Below are positions 10,901-48,928 of a DNA stretch of 64,000 nucleotides, one piece after another. This DNA comes from Lytechinus pictus (Eukaryota). The DNA lies in contig NC_087251.1 in assembly GCF_037042905.1 (NCBI RefSeq), positions 26,848,001 through 26,912,000 of the forward strand. The letters run 5' to 3'. Each line of letters opens with the position of its first letter. Position 1 is the first letter of the stretch. The notes below the pieces were generated by a model that was not told where the DNA came from, made no database searches, and saw only the letters and a list, made by a program, of their open reading frames with translations. The position numbers and the translations under genes were made by a program.

Positions 10901-13900
10901 CAAAATGTTCAAAATACACTGATTTTCATCTATGTTCTCGCCAGCATAAACTTAATCAACACAACTGGGTAATTAATTATTGTAAATTAAAGTACTCTTA
11001 TATAACCAAAATCAGAACCCAACCATCAAATATTCTTACAATGACAGATAATATACAAATTCTGTGAATTTGCTTATGAATTCTATTATCTACTTAAAGA
11101 TGAAGTAGAAGTAGGTTTAAAACAAGTTTGGTACTAATGGAAGAAACAAGGATCCACGATTCTTTGTAAAGAGGTGCACAGGATTATCTTTTTCAAATAT
11201 TCTAATTGCTTTTCAATAAGTCTTTTAGAAATACCTGTTTGTTGTACTGTACTACACCCAATGTTGGGAAAACCCATGTGCTGGCAGCTGGCTCAATCTC
11301 GTTATCAGCTAGGTTGACAAACATCTGAACCTGAGCTCTTGACAAATCATCAGTACCCCTCAGCTGCTCATTGCTCACTATATAAAAAGACATTTACAAT
11401 GTGAAAATCTAATCCGTTTAAATTGCATCATTCAATATTTGATTATGGGCAATTCCATGTTAAAATGAACAAGACATCTCGGAAAATGTCAAATTATACA
11501 CGTTTAAATTTGCAGTATTTGACAAGTCTTGCTATACAAATTACACAATAAATTAAACAACATTTATACAACAGTTGCAATGTTGTGACCATAACAGCTA
11601 TAGCTCCTATCTTTTTGAAAACGATGTAAAGGCAATACCCAAGTGAATTGGCAACAAAATCAAACACATGTTTTTTTTAAGGCCAATCTCCTAGGCCCTA
11701 AGAATGCCTTTCAATAAGGCTAAGTATATAAACCACAAAAATACTGTATAACCTACCATAGTATGCAATAGCATTACTCTCAAACAATGTTGTTCCACTT
11801 CCATTCTCAAAGGCTGGAACCTAAATGAAAAAAAAAAAAATTTAAGTTAAACATTAGTTCTGGTCATGAAAGTAAAATCTGGAGGAAACTGTCAAAAGTG
11901 ATTGGGAGTGGTCATAAACATAGGGACAGTGATTTTCCATGATCACGGAAAACAGACGGAATTCACGGAATCGACCTTTTGAAACGGAAAGTGGCTTTTC
12001 AAACTAAAATCACGGAAAACATATTTTTTCTCAAAATGCACAGAATAGCAACAGAAATTACTCCAAAATCCTCAACGAAATACGAATATCAACTGGTCAA
12101 AAAACACGATCTCACTTCGCTACAACAATCATGACAATCCACACATCGTGACTGCACTCGAGCGAGTCGAGCCCCTCCATCACTTAAAATTAGTTTACAC
12201 TCACGTCCGCATGAAGGCAGAAACATGGCCGTGTGTTGCTGCCCTCTGCGTTCTATCATAATATCATATCGCGGTATTCCTCAAATCCAAAATGGCGGAT
12301 AGGCGAAAGTCGTTGATTGCTCAAAAAGATGTCCAAAAAGTCCCCAAATCATCGATAAAATCTCATTTAACCACAAAATAATGCTAATAATGTGAAAGGT
12401 GAGGATGTATTAATAGCGTTGTTAGTAAAGTGGCAGATACAAAGTTTGACCAACACAAGTATTTTTACATCACTACTCATTGCGTATTGATTTTCTATGT
12501 AAACGGAATTGTCACTCTTTCATGTACACAAAGTCTATGGGGAAATAGAATTTCCGTTTTCAGACATGCTGAAACAGAATTCAAGCTTTTCTTAAATTGA
12601 AAAAGTAAATTTTAGAAACGGAAAATCACTGCCCCTAGAAACCTGAAAATTTTAAAATTTAATTAATGCAATGATAGGGGGAGGGGGCCATTATGCCCAT
12701 TAAAGATAAATTTATATTAAATACATTCTGCTTACCACCTTTCAAAAAAATATGCCGGGAAAATAGTGAATTTTTATTACAAATAGATCAGGATCAGCCA
12801 GGTTCTTCTTCGATCGCCGTCAGCGCAGCTACAGCTGAGCGTACGGCCGTGCCAGTGGAATGGCTGGCATGTTCGTACGCTCAGCTAGCTGTAGCTGCGC
12901 TGACGGCAATCGAAGAAAACCTGGGGCCAATTGCACAAAAAGGTCTTTGCAAGAACCGTCTTTCGTGTCGCCCATTTATCATGATGCAACATGTGAAACG
13001 CATTTTAAATAAATTGCCTGCAAACATATTTCATTCATCCGTTAAAGTAAACAAAATCTTTGTTTATAAAATGATGTGATGTATCATGAAATTGTATACA
13101 AATTGATTTAAATGCTAGCTAACAAATTTTCTTTGTTTATCATACATTTAAGAAATATCCCGCATACAGCGCATCATAAAAGACGGGCGACACGAAAGAC
13201 GGTCCTTGAAAAGACCCTTTCGTGTAATCGGCCCTAGCCTGGCCTTGAGGCTCCTAGAGAGTAAAAATCATTTACTAACGCATGCTTACTCTCAACGGAG
13301 CCTGGAATTGCTTCCCATAGTTACACGCACCGCCCAAAAACCTGAAACTTTCGCCCCCGAGATTTCTACTTTCCTTCTAAAAAAAGATCTAGCCCTAAAT
13401 CATGTACATGGGATGGGATACAACTTCATTTCCAACATTACTACGATATTGATTTCATTTTTAAACAAGAATTCATTGAAGAAACAAGAAAAATGTTATG
13501 AAAAGACGGGAAGAACTTGCCACCGTGCTTACGTCGCCATCTTGATTTCATTGTCTTGCCAAATTCGCGCATGCGCCCAACAGCCTCGATCGGCCATTTT
13601 GTTTTGAATTTTGAAAGGAAAGCTACCGCGACAGAACTTTTCGTTTTTTGAGGTTCCAGTCTGTGCCTCGATGTCAGGAAGCTGCCACTCGTTAGGCCTT
13701 CATCCATAAAATCGTGGTAAGTGCTTAATTTCTGTTTTAACTATTTATTCGGATAATTATTTAGACCATACTTCACGCTACTACCGTGGGTATGGTGAAT
13801 TACACGGTAAGCCCCTGGGCTCCGGCCCGCACAGCGGGCCGGAGCTCCCTGGGTTAGGCTTCGTGTAACCCAGGGAGCTCCCGCCCGCGCAATTCATAAC

Positions 13901-14752
13901 AAAAATGTCCGATCGAGACGGGGGCAGAAGGAGAGAACTTTTCATTTTTTGAGGTTCCAGTCTGTGCCCAGATGTCAGGAAACTGTCACTCGTTAGACCT
14001 TCATCCATATACCCTAATGGGCTAATAATACCGTAATCGTGGTAAGTGCATAATTTCTGTTTTCACAATTCATTTGGAGAAATATTTAGACCATAATTAT
14101 AAATCACCCTAGTCCCGTGAGTATGGTCAAATACACGGTAAGCTCCTGGGCTCCCGCCCGCGCAGCGGGCGGGAGTTTCCTGGGTTAGGCTTCGTGGAGA
14201 GTAAGCATACGTTAGTAAATGATTTTTACTCTCTAACGTTAGAAGCCTCCTGGCTAGGCAGGCATGCAAACAAAATGAAAAAATGTTTCACTTTCACTTT
14301 CAGATACTGCCGTTACTTTGTATTTTTCAATTTGATTCACCACAGCACTCAAAAACTGTCATCAATGGTGTTGACTCCCAAATTAAAGCAAAGCCCTTCG
14401 TGACTGACAGAGAGAGAAGGAAAGAGAGAGAGCGAGGCCTACCTTTCCCAACGGGAATTTCTTCAGGAAGTCGGCTGACTTGTTGGTCTCGCCAAGCTTG
14501 AAAGCCGGTGGGTCCTGCACAACGGTCAGCTGTGTGCCGCTGTAACCAGCAGCGATCTGGATCTTGTATGCCCGAGTATTTTCGGGATAGGTGTACAAAG
14601 TCTGCAAAACAAGATGATAATGAATAGATCATCACAATATTAAGTATTATATCAACACAAACAAAGGTATTTTAGAGCGTATATTCATAAGATGAAAGAA
14701 ATATAAGTGGATATAAATCAAGATACACGTGTGGACTTACCCCGGAAGCCAT
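1916..14752 (-). CDS. EEF1G: Translation elongation factor 1-gamma (eEF1B-gamma), exons 1-8; remaining 3' exons lie left of the window
   Basis: Minus-strand exons with GT-AG ends and consistent phase: 14741-14752 (MASG), 14443-14601 ([22 protein letters not shown]...FPLGK), 11757-11820 ([21 protein letters not shown]), 11235-11377, 10014-10157 ([15 protein letters not shown]), 6006-6135 ([14 protein letters not shown]), 4942-5128 (Gly/Lys/Glu-rich linker, [10 protein letters not shown]), 1916-2094 ([12 protein letters not shown]...[10 protein letters not shown]). GST-like N-terminal domain followed by the EF1G domain. Confidence 0.97.
2281..2474. mobile_element. Short MITE (GGTGTTTCACAAAG TIR family, Harbinger-like)
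   Basis: GGTGTTTCACAAAGAGT...ACTCTTTGTGAAGCACC; related copies at about 30873-31306 and 38067-38169. Confidence 0.65.
2537..2828. mobile_element. Harbinger-like MITE, copy 1
   Basis: TIR GGCCCGTATTCTGAA; an inverted copy lies at 22371-22667. Confidence 0.8.
3279..3395. repeat. Small foldback with a near-perfect 57-bp palindromic core
   Basis: Core 3300-3356 has 28-bp arms with one mismatch and a 1-nt loop; outer arms TATTGTAAATACTTATGGCTTT and AAAGCCATGAGAATTTACAATA. Confidence 0.85.
3500..3720 (-). mobile_element. Degenerate CR1-clade LINE reverse transcriptase fragment
   Basis: Translation [15 protein letters not shown]...HL...[15 protein letters not shown] resembles the CR1 RT region VSLTS.VCK.ME.I...QHGF.KGRSC.TQL. 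Confidence 0.7.
4041..4185 (-). ncRNA. Box H/ACA snoRNA, SNORA71(U71)-like, copy A, in EEF1G intron 7
   Basis: On the host-sense strand: hairpin 1 closed by CCCCCAA/UUGGGGG, H box ACAUUA (ANANNA), hairpin 2 (GUGAGG/CUUCAC lower stem, GUUUGG/CCAGAC upper stem), then ACA plus 3 nt. The 3' pocket strand begins 14 nt before ACA. A near-identical second copy lies at 10478-10622. Confidence 0.88.
5171..5413. mobile_element. Harbinger-like MITE
   Basis: TIR GCCCCATCTTACAAAGAGTT(A/G)C(G/A)ATTGATCC at both ends. Confidence 0.75.
5553..5722. repeat. Short interspersed element with telomere-like internal repeats
   Basis: ACATTTGCTCC/GGAGCAAATGT inverted repeats flank degenerate CCCTAA/CCTAAA units (about 5615-5667). 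Confidence 0.5.
6307..8756. mobile_element. 2.45-kb non-autonomous hAT element in EEF1G intron 5
   Basis: Exact 8-bp TSD CTCCTTCT (6299-6306, 8757-8764); TAG...CTA ends with imperfect TIR TAGnnCTGnCnnnAAAYGGATAT; subterminal GGATA/TATCC motifs; no transposase ORF. Confidence 0.8.
7700..8345. repeat. Tandem minisatellite, about 5 units of about 125-140 bp, inside the hAT element
   Basis: Recurring ACAACATGACACACGCAATCAACATTCATTCGACGTTTTCA near 7719, 7850, 7990, 8114 and 8254. Confidence 0.9.
9201..9865. mobile_element. Probable non-autonomous DNA transposon with CAC...GTG ends
   Basis: CACAGT...GCAGTG ends and an internal inverted repeat (GCGCGGTCAGTCAAA / TTTGACTGATCACGC). The TSD is not clean, so boundaries are uncertain. 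Confidence 0.35.
10478..10622 (-). ncRNA. Box H/ACA snoRNA, SNORA71(U71)-like, copy B, in EEF1G intron 4
   Basis: Same H box, ACA box and identical hairpin 2 as copy A. Internal differences are confined to the apical part of hairpin 1, including a compensatory CAUCU/AGAUG to CAACU/AGUUG change. Flanking sequence is unrelated to that of copy A. Confidence 0.88.
10690..10857. mobile_element. Degenerate palindromic MITE
   Basis: GGGTGTTTCATAAAGCT...AGCTTTACAAAATGGCCCC with internal inverted repeat GACTTTAA...TTAAAGTC; related pieces near 41057-41234 and 49508-49552. Confidence 0.55.
11921..12637. mobile_element. Non-autonomous hAT-like element
   Basis: TIR TAGGG(A/G)CAGTGATTTTCC (17 of 18 match) and repeated subterminal ACGGAA motifs; the TSD is degenerate. 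Confidence 0.75.
12798..12924. repeat. GC-rich foldback element (about 60-bp arms)
   Basis: CCAGGTTCTTCTTCGATCGCCGTCAGCGCAGCTACAGCT...AGCTGTAGCTGCGCTGACGGCAATCGAAGAAAACCTGG. Confidence 0.85.
12924..13234. mobile_element. Harbinger-like MITE with about 50-bp TIRs
   Basis: GGGCCAATTGCACAAAAAGGTCTTTGCAAGAACCGTCTTTCGTGTCGCCC versus the reverse complement of the right end, GGGCCGATTACACGAAAGGGTCTTTTCAAGGACCGTCTTTCGTGTCGCCC. Confidence 0.8.
13235..14256. mobile_element. About 1-kb non-autonomous element with long TIRs and an internal duplication
   Basis: TAGCC...GGCTA ends; TIR core GAGAGTAAAAATCATTTACTAACG(C/T)ATGCTTACTCTC; internal direct repeat about 13633-13873 versus 13934-14193. Confidence 0.75.
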
Positions 14753-14785
14753 GGCTGCTAGCTGGAAAGACCGTGTTGACGTTGC

Positions 14786-14796
14786 AAAAAGAGAAG
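14786..14796 (-). promoter_or_regulatory. 5'TOP/TCT-type polypyrimidine initiator of EEF1G
   Basis: Minus strand reads CTTCTCTTTTT about 35-45 nt upstream of the ATG, with no TATA box visible. This is typical of translation-factor genes and snoRNA host genes. Confidence 0.7.
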
Positions 14797-15010
14797 CAGA
14801 ATAGCTGCGCGAACAACACGCCGGGAGATCCCCCTCCCTCTGTATACGTATGTAGCGGCGTAGTCAGCTGCCGGCCTGCACATGTTCCAGTGACAATAGC
14901 TACTTTTTGATTTATGTACGGCCTGAAACCGGAATAAAATTATTACTTCCTGAAGTCATCTGAACGAAACACAATCGAAGAAACATCAGTCCTGTTTAGA
15001 ATTCTCAGTG
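14797..15010. promoter_or_regulatory. Putative shared divergent promoter region of EEF1G and NVL
   Basis: CpG-richer patch with ETS-like CCGGAA (about 14929) and ACTTCCTG (about 14945), followed by a plus-strand donor-like CA|GTGAGT at 15008. The NVL ATG exon is preceded by a splice acceptor (ctgtag ending 19798), so an upstream UTR exon is expected. Confidence 0.4.
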
Positions 15011-15430
15011 AGTTCAATTTTGTATAATTAATTGCAATGTTATGCTCCAAAACTAACGTTGCAAACATCTTCAGTCCCATGCATGCACATTTACGTTTTT
15101 GATAATAAAAGCATGCCATAAAAACACACTAACTAGAAAATTAACTTCGAAATTTTAGTCATAGAAACTACATTGGGTCACATTGTTGATAAAAGTTGCA
15201 GTGGATAGCTAGAAAAAAGTAGAAGATTTTGAGGTAAATTTTCCATTATGTTTTTTTTATTATATTAATTAGGCCTAGTAGTAGTATTTAGTAGGCCTGG
15301 GTCTGAATTAACGGACGGAATACCAGAATCTGATAAAAAAATATCTGTCCAATGACATGTATCAGGTTCTGGTTTTTCTTATTTCTGGTCCTGTATTCCA
15401 ATGAAACAATGTAGTTTAACATTTTCTTAA

Positions 15431-16203
15431 CCCTTAAAGAACTGGGGGGCCATGATGCCCGGCCCCCCCCCCTTGACGCTTTGCGCGATATTTCCGAAGC
15501 GCAAAAAGATAGCGCCACAAAATTTTGTGCCTCTTTTTTGTCACTGAAGTTTTGCGCAACTATTGAGACCAAATTCGTGACATATGATATGGGTATAGCT
15601 TCGCGACGTCATCACATGACTTTTTACGAGACAATGTCGTGCCGAAAATGGCCCATTTTTATACTTTTTGTACAAAGACAAAGTCTATTTTGAGATGAAA
15701 TTCATAAAAGGGTGGATTATTTTTCATTCTAATTGGTCTGCTTAATTAATTTAGGTTTTAATTTAGTTGTTAAATGGACTGTAATAATTCCCATTGAAAA
15801 AAAAAATACAAAGAAATACATTGTATATAAGAAATTCTAAAAACAGAGAAAAACATGAGGAAAAAATTGGCTTTTGCAATTTTTCTTTGTGGAAACCTTT
15901 AATTAAGTTAGATTTCAAAGATGACATTTGGAAAAAAGGAAGAAAACTTGAAGTGAAATCGGGTGTAAAATATGCAAATAATGTTTTTCATGAATAAATT
16001 TGCATATTTGATTCATAATAAATAAAAAATAATTATTTTCAGATTTTTTCCTATACTAGCTTGTAGTTTATGTGATAAAGAATGTGCGTGCCAAATTTCG
16101 GCGCAAATGCGTGTACGGCGGCCGAGATCAGAAGGGGGGGGGGACCATCATGGCCCCTCCCCCCAGTCCTCAATACATCTCAAATAGCCCAGTCCTTTTA
16201 GGG
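15431..16203. mobile_element. piggyBac-type MITE, diverged relative of 318-1078
   Basis: TTAA at 15427-15430 and 16204-16207; TIRs CCCTTAAAGAACTGGG and CCCTAAAAGGACTGGG; shares internal motifs (TTGAGACCAAATT, GGCCGAGATCA, AAATAGCCCAGTC) with the first copy. Confidence 0.85.
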
Positions 16204-16717
16204 TTAACATAATGATTGAGCAGAGTATGTTTTATTCAGTCTTACCAATTATAACCAGACCAGTAGAGGCGCTGGTCAGAAAATTAGGATTGTCCCACTC
16301 CTAGTTTACACTCGGGGATGTACTGCCTCAGGTTTCAAAGATTTCTTCACACAAGAAATCTAGGAAAGTTCATTCACCTGTCAAGTGCTGACATCAATCA
16401 AGTGTGCGAGTAAATGTAAACTTGTTGGGTTTCATAACAAGTTTATTGGAAGACGGCAAGTCGTGAAAAATAGATGGTGAACTGGAGGGAATGGAGGTCA
16501 CTGAATGTATTTTATCGCTCTCAGTCTCCGTAATTGTCATCTATGTCCCGCAGGGGTAAGTGAAGAAAAAAACTGTCTGCATAAACAAAGACAATCTCAA
16601 TTTATCAAGACAGGATTTGCATTGGTTTAGGATATCCTTGTTTTCTGGGACAATCCCAATCTTTGGACCAGCGCCTCTACTGATAACTGGTTTCTTTGTT
16701 ACATTTCAGGTGACCAC

Positions 16718-16933
16718 CGAGAAAAATATGATGAGAAGAAGGGGAAAAAACTTGACGATTACGACTTGACCATCTTGTTCTCTTTGTTAGTAGCTAAGCT
16801 ACGAGACACATATAGAGTCTGCCGCCCTCTATAATCTATATGCGTCTCGTAGCTTAGCTACTTATAAAGAGAACAAGATGGCCACGTAAACATCAGCAAG
16901 TTTTTTCCTCGTCTTCTCTTAATATTTTTCTCG
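16718..16933. repeat. Foldback element of about 215 bp
   Basis: Arms CGAGAAAAATAT...CCATCTTGTTCTCTTT...AGTAGCTAAGCTACGAGAC and their reverse complement. Confidence 0.85.
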
Positions 16934-18168
16934 TTTTTTTAAATGAATTTTTGGTTAAAAATGAAATCAATATTATTGTATAATCTGTGACTTATTTGTA
17001 CTTCCCCATTCGTGAATTCATTTATCGGGATACCGGATTCGGTCCGGTGCAACACCAGTGGATTCCGGAACAAAAAAATTCCAACATGACTCAGGCCCAT
17101 TATAAGATTGAGAACAACATGAACAAAGAAAGTCAAAAAGTTTAATTCAATAATCTAAAACGTTAAGACACTCGCTTGTGAGAAGAGTCCGCATTTATTG
17201 CGAAATGTAAAGATGAGACTAGTATGCCTGAAGGCATATACAATATAAGTAAAAGAGTTTGGCTTACCAATATGGGCTCTAGCCTCAAATTAAGTAACGG
17301 TAGTTTCTTCACCTTGAATTTATTTTGCAGCAAATTAGGATTTATCAATTGCAATTTTCAGCTTAATTGCAGAATACCCCACCACTACGAAATTGACCAC
17401 ACACCATATTAGAAGTATATGACAAGTATGCCTCATTCTAAAAGTTTTGGGGTACTGAATTGAATATTTGAATTCGGCCTAGGCCTAACCCTTTTAAAAC
17501 ACAATTTTATCTCTAAATGTATGTACCATCATTATTTATGTTATTTTATATTATAATATGATTGCCTTTATGTATTGTACATATGCTTCATTCCATTGCG
17601 GCCACTTAACTTTAATAACGTACACCTAATACTGATCCATTCAAACCTACCAGGCAGCCTTGCTACCAGGATCTACGTATGATAATAAAAATTGTCATTG
17701 TTACACTTACACTCATACACTCTCTCTCTCGCCCCCGATCTTTCCGCTCTTCCTCCTCTTGCTCTCTACCTCTCTTTTTTCTCTTTCTCATAGTCTCTTT
17801 TCCCTTTTTCCTCCCGTGCTTCTTTCTGGTTAGTCAGAACTCATTGTTATGTTTTTTGGCTGCATGTATTTTAAGTTTTGGCTTATCATAATGGGGATGC
17901 ATGTCATAATATAATACATGTGTCCCCAACATGATAAACAAAATTTCTATGTGTTTTGCTGTAGAATTTGTGCTTTTTTATTTGATGTTGAATGTATTTT
18001 TATGTAAATTTTGTAAAGGGTTCTGCAATTAGGCTTTTCAGCCGCTATAGATACCCTAATTGTTGTAATAAGCCGTTTTAAATTAAAAAAAAAAAATTTG
18101 CTCTTGTTCCTAGTTTTTGATCTGATAGCGCAAAATCATCACAAAAAATCTAGATAAAGGTTCCTTAA

Positions 18169-18768
18169 AGGGGAATTCAGTATATGGTCATAAAATGTTG
18201 TGTTGGAGAGGAGAAAAATAAATAGAATAGAATGGTGAAAGTTTGAAAGAAATTGGGACAAGCAATTAGAAAGTTATGGCTGCTATAAAATTGAGATCCC
18301 TAAGACTAGATTTCAAATTGGCAACTGGGTAAGTAAATTATGACCAGGGGCAAGGACTACTTTCCCCATAGGCCATGTACTTAATTTTCAGGGATTAATG
18401 GTTTTCTCCTAAGTACCCATTCCCATGAGGCGCTAGTCTAAATATAACCCAGGTAATGTATTGTTTTATGTCCTCATGAAAGAAAAATATAATTTAAACT
18501 TCAAAGTAAAACTTTTGAAAAAATGACATTTTAGCAATTTTATGCATTGGAGTACAATGGAAGAGTAGTCCTTGCCATACATCACTATGACATCACATAT
18601 GCGGCCAATTTGGAGTCTCCATGGGTTTAGTGATTACCAATATTTTGATTTTTTGAAATTTCACAACTTTCTTATTGTTTGTCTGATATTGTTCAAACTT
18701 TTACCTTTCAACTCGTCTAGTTTTTCATTTTCCTTTAAAACAAGTTTTTATTTGGGTTGTATTCCCCT
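18169..18768. mobile_element. Kolobok-type non-autonomous element
   Basis: TTAA flanks (18165-18168, 18769-18772) and AGGGGAAT...ATTCCCCT ends. Confidence 0.7.
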
Positions 18769-18788
18769 TTAAAGTGATAACCTCTTAG

Positions 18789-19267
18789 AGGGATAGTTCA
18801 CCCTAACAAAAGGTTTATTGTTAAATACAAAGAAAAACATTGATGAAAGATTGAGGAAATCTATTAAAGATTAAGACAGTTCCTAGAAAGAATATAAACT
18901 TTTGAATTGTGATGTCATCCGAGCAGCTGCCCCATATGTTATAAAATGTTTCAATTTCAATATTTTTAAGGGTTCATGATAAATAACAAATTTCTTCTCT
19001 CAGGAGCGGATGTGAAATATTTTTTCTGTTGATATACTGAAGTTACAAAATAACCCATTTTCAAATTTTGAAAAAATGACATTTTTATTGATTTTTAAAT
19101 ATATGATACATGGGAATCTGCACGCATATGACATCATAATTAAAAAAAAATAGAATTCTAATAAATTTTTAAATCTTTAATGGATTTTCCTCGAACCCTC
19201 ACCAATATTTTTTAATGATTTTTTCTGCATTTTCTACAATAACTTTTTGTCAGGGTGAACCTTCCCT
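18789..19267. mobile_element. Kolobok-type non-autonomous element
   Basis: TIRs AGGGATAGTTCACCCTAACAAAAAG and AGGGAAGGTTCACCCTGACAAAAAG; flanks TTAG and TTAA. Confidence 0.7.
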
Positions 19268-19834
19268 TTAAAACCTTGGTACTTCTTCTGGAGTCACTAC
19301 ACAAGGCTTGTCCAGTGCTGGCTTTGGGTTGAAAGACATTGTCTGGTCCTCTCTACAGTCGCAGTTAGTGTCTCCATCCTTACTGTTGCCCCATTTCTGT
19401 ATAAGGACTTTGCACCATCCTGTTCCAGTCCGTAGGGGATTAAGACATTACCAGTTTGGTCATTCCTCACTTGTTACTGAATGCAGAGCATGACTTAAAT
19501 GTACATATCTAGGCCCTAATGTCATCTGTGTTTATGAATGGTATTAGAACTCAACATGTCCTCAAACTATCAACCATTGTGTGCTAGGGTGGAAAATTAA
19601 TATTGCTGTTTGAGGGAGAGGACAAAAATGAAATTCTGTGTAAAATAAACAGCCATGAATGCGAATAGATGCTATTTGGGGGTAATTCATTTGAGACTGC
19701 TGAGGGCATTCCAGTTGTTTGTGTTTTTGTACCTTTTACAACATTCCATTGCCAGCTTTAACTGTCTTTAAAAGTCTCTTTTTCAACTCTCCTGTAGATC
19801 TTCAATTGTACAGTATTTCTACTTGAAGTACAAA

Positions 19835-46821
<26,987 letters not shown>

Positions 46822-47087
46822 CCATGATCAGAATGTCCCTTGGAAGCCAATAGCTGGTCTGATTCGCCCCTTTTGCAACTGATGTTTTTTAGCACTGTTC
46901 AGTGATTGATGATAAGAATGGCTTATGGACTTGAATACATTATTGTATAAGAGCAAAACAGAGGTTAATGAAAGTATGGAAAAGAAACCTATGTGCCTTG
47001 ACTGCCTGTGGATTCTTGTGCAGTTTCATAAAATGAAACATAAAAAAAACTCTATTCTACTCAGGGTGATGAAGAACTGATATGTTG

Positions 47088-47158
47088 AATAAATGGATTC
47101 AATATTTATAAAAGCAAAACACTACAAAATATGCTTAACATCATGAATATGCAATAAA
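47088..47158 (+). terminator. Candidate NVL polyadenylation signals
   Basis: AATAAA at about 47088 and 47153, roughly 270-330 nt after the stop codon. Confidence 0.4.
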
Positions 47159-47874
47159 TGAGCTTATGATATCAAATTCTCATCCTTTTTTCTATAACAT
47201 GAAATCTTAATTATTTCATTTTATTCTCAGAAGAAAATATCTGTTGTATGAAACAAAGTCCGGCTCAGATCTTACAAATTAAATTATGAATCAATCCTAT
47301 TCTTTCATTATTGGAGCCGAAAATTTGAATTCTTGAATTAAATACAAAAGAAATGTGGAAGATGACATCAGCTTGCTCAATGCATATTCATGATGACATG
47401 CATAGAACTATGTCACCGAAATAATGCAAATAAAAGACATGCCAAAACATGCAATTTTACATCTAAATTTGTTGAAATTTTGAGTGTTTTGCTTGTTTAA
47501 TTCTAATAGTACCCTTTGTAATCAAATCAGTTATTTTCAGTAAAATGTGAAATTCATTTTATACAAAGTTAAGCTAGGTACCTGGATTTTCTATTATTTG
47601 TGGTATTTTGGTATGGACTTTTCGAATGATTTGAGATAAATGTGTGCAAGATCTTCCAATCATGACATAGATTTATATTGTTCAACTCTTCCTTCTGTTT
47701 TATTCACCCCCTTATTTTTCTCTCAAGTTTCAATATCTTAATAATTTTTACCTCATATTTTCTACTCATTGTTTCTAATGCAAAATACATTACAGGAATG
47801 TAGATAGAAAAGAATTCAATTTCTTAACTTTGAGGTACAAACATTGGTGTTAATTTTACTTATATTTTATTTAG

Positions 47875-48928
47875 AAGTCAAACCTGTGTATAGTGGCCAC
47901 CGAAGCGAAACGGCAATGTGGCCCATGCTATAGACAGGTTCACGGCCATCTTGAATTCACCTTGTATTGTAGATACTGTACAATGTACTGGACATACAGT
48001 ATGTGTTTTTAAAGTATTTTTTTCATACATTGCATACAATGTATCTATTTCAAGCAACCAAATACTTATGTTTGCAAAATAGTTATTTTAAGAGTAAGAT
48101 TCATGTTTAGATACAGTTGCAAGCTTAAAGGAGAATGAAACTCTTGGAGCAAGTTAGCTTTTGTGAAAGCAGAAAAATCAAAGAATAAGATCAACAAAAG
48201 TTTGAGTAAAATAGGACTAGCAATAGAAGAGTTATGAGCATTTGAATGTCGAGATCACTAATTCTATGGAGATCCTCCCATTGGCAATGCGACCAAGATC
48301 TATGATGTCACTGATGAACAACTCTCCCCTCCTGCCCTCTTGGACACTGAAAATATACCCCAAAACATCTCTTATTGCTCATTCTAACCATATGACAAAC
48401 GATTCATCGATGATTATAATGTTGTGAAACCTCTGTACTTGTCCTCTCATAAAGAGAACACCTCACCCTGTGATAGACTCTTTAAAAGTGAGAATATATA
48501 AAGTGAAATAAGTACTAAAGTAATGAGGGAGTTGTACGTGTGTGACATCACAGATCTTGGTCGCATTGCCAATGGGAGGAACTACATGGCATTAGTGATC
48601 TCAATATTCAAATGCTCATAACTTTCTTATTATTCATTCAATCTTCCTCAAACTTTCAACAATATGTTTCTTTGATTTTTCTCTTTGATATGGATTCAGC
48701 TGGTTTCAAGGGTTTCATTCTCCTTTAAGGAATAGCTATTCAACCACTGTCGGAGTCAAGTTTTGGGGAAGCTTGATTGTAGTGGCCACTATAGAGGGTC
48801 TGCTATTGACCAAGGGATGCAAAATGAGTGGCCACTGGCCGCATTAGACTGGCCACTATAGACAGGGTCCAAAACACATTAATTTCATGTGGGGGAATTA
48901 GAAGTGGCCACTAAGACAGGTTCAACTG
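47875..48928. mobile_element. Tc1/mariner-pogo-type MITE interrupted by a Kolobok-type element
   Basis: AGTCAAACCTGTGTATAGTGGCCAC...GTGGCCACTAAGACAGGTTCAACTG followed by TA; repeated GTGGCCACTATAGA subterminal motifs. Confidence 0.7.
48129..48724. mobile_element. Kolobok-type non-autonomous element (nested)
   Basis: TTAA flanks (48125-48128, 48725-48728); TIR AGGAGAATGAAAC(T/C)CTTG; internal inverted repeat CTCCCATTGGCAATGCGACCAAGATCT. Confidence 0.85.

Noticed and set aside
13441..14008. Two ORFs both starting MDEGLTS...RLEPQK, resembling paralogous small proteins
   Set aside because: They arise from the internal duplication of a non-autonomous element, diverge in frame immediately, and show no recognisable domain.
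14300..14368. TGATGA...CTGA pair about 65 nt apart on the minus strand in intron 2 (C/D snoRNA-like)
   Set aside because: Weak terminal stem, no clear D'/C' boxes, and no rRNA antisense element I can recognise. A snoScan run would settle it.
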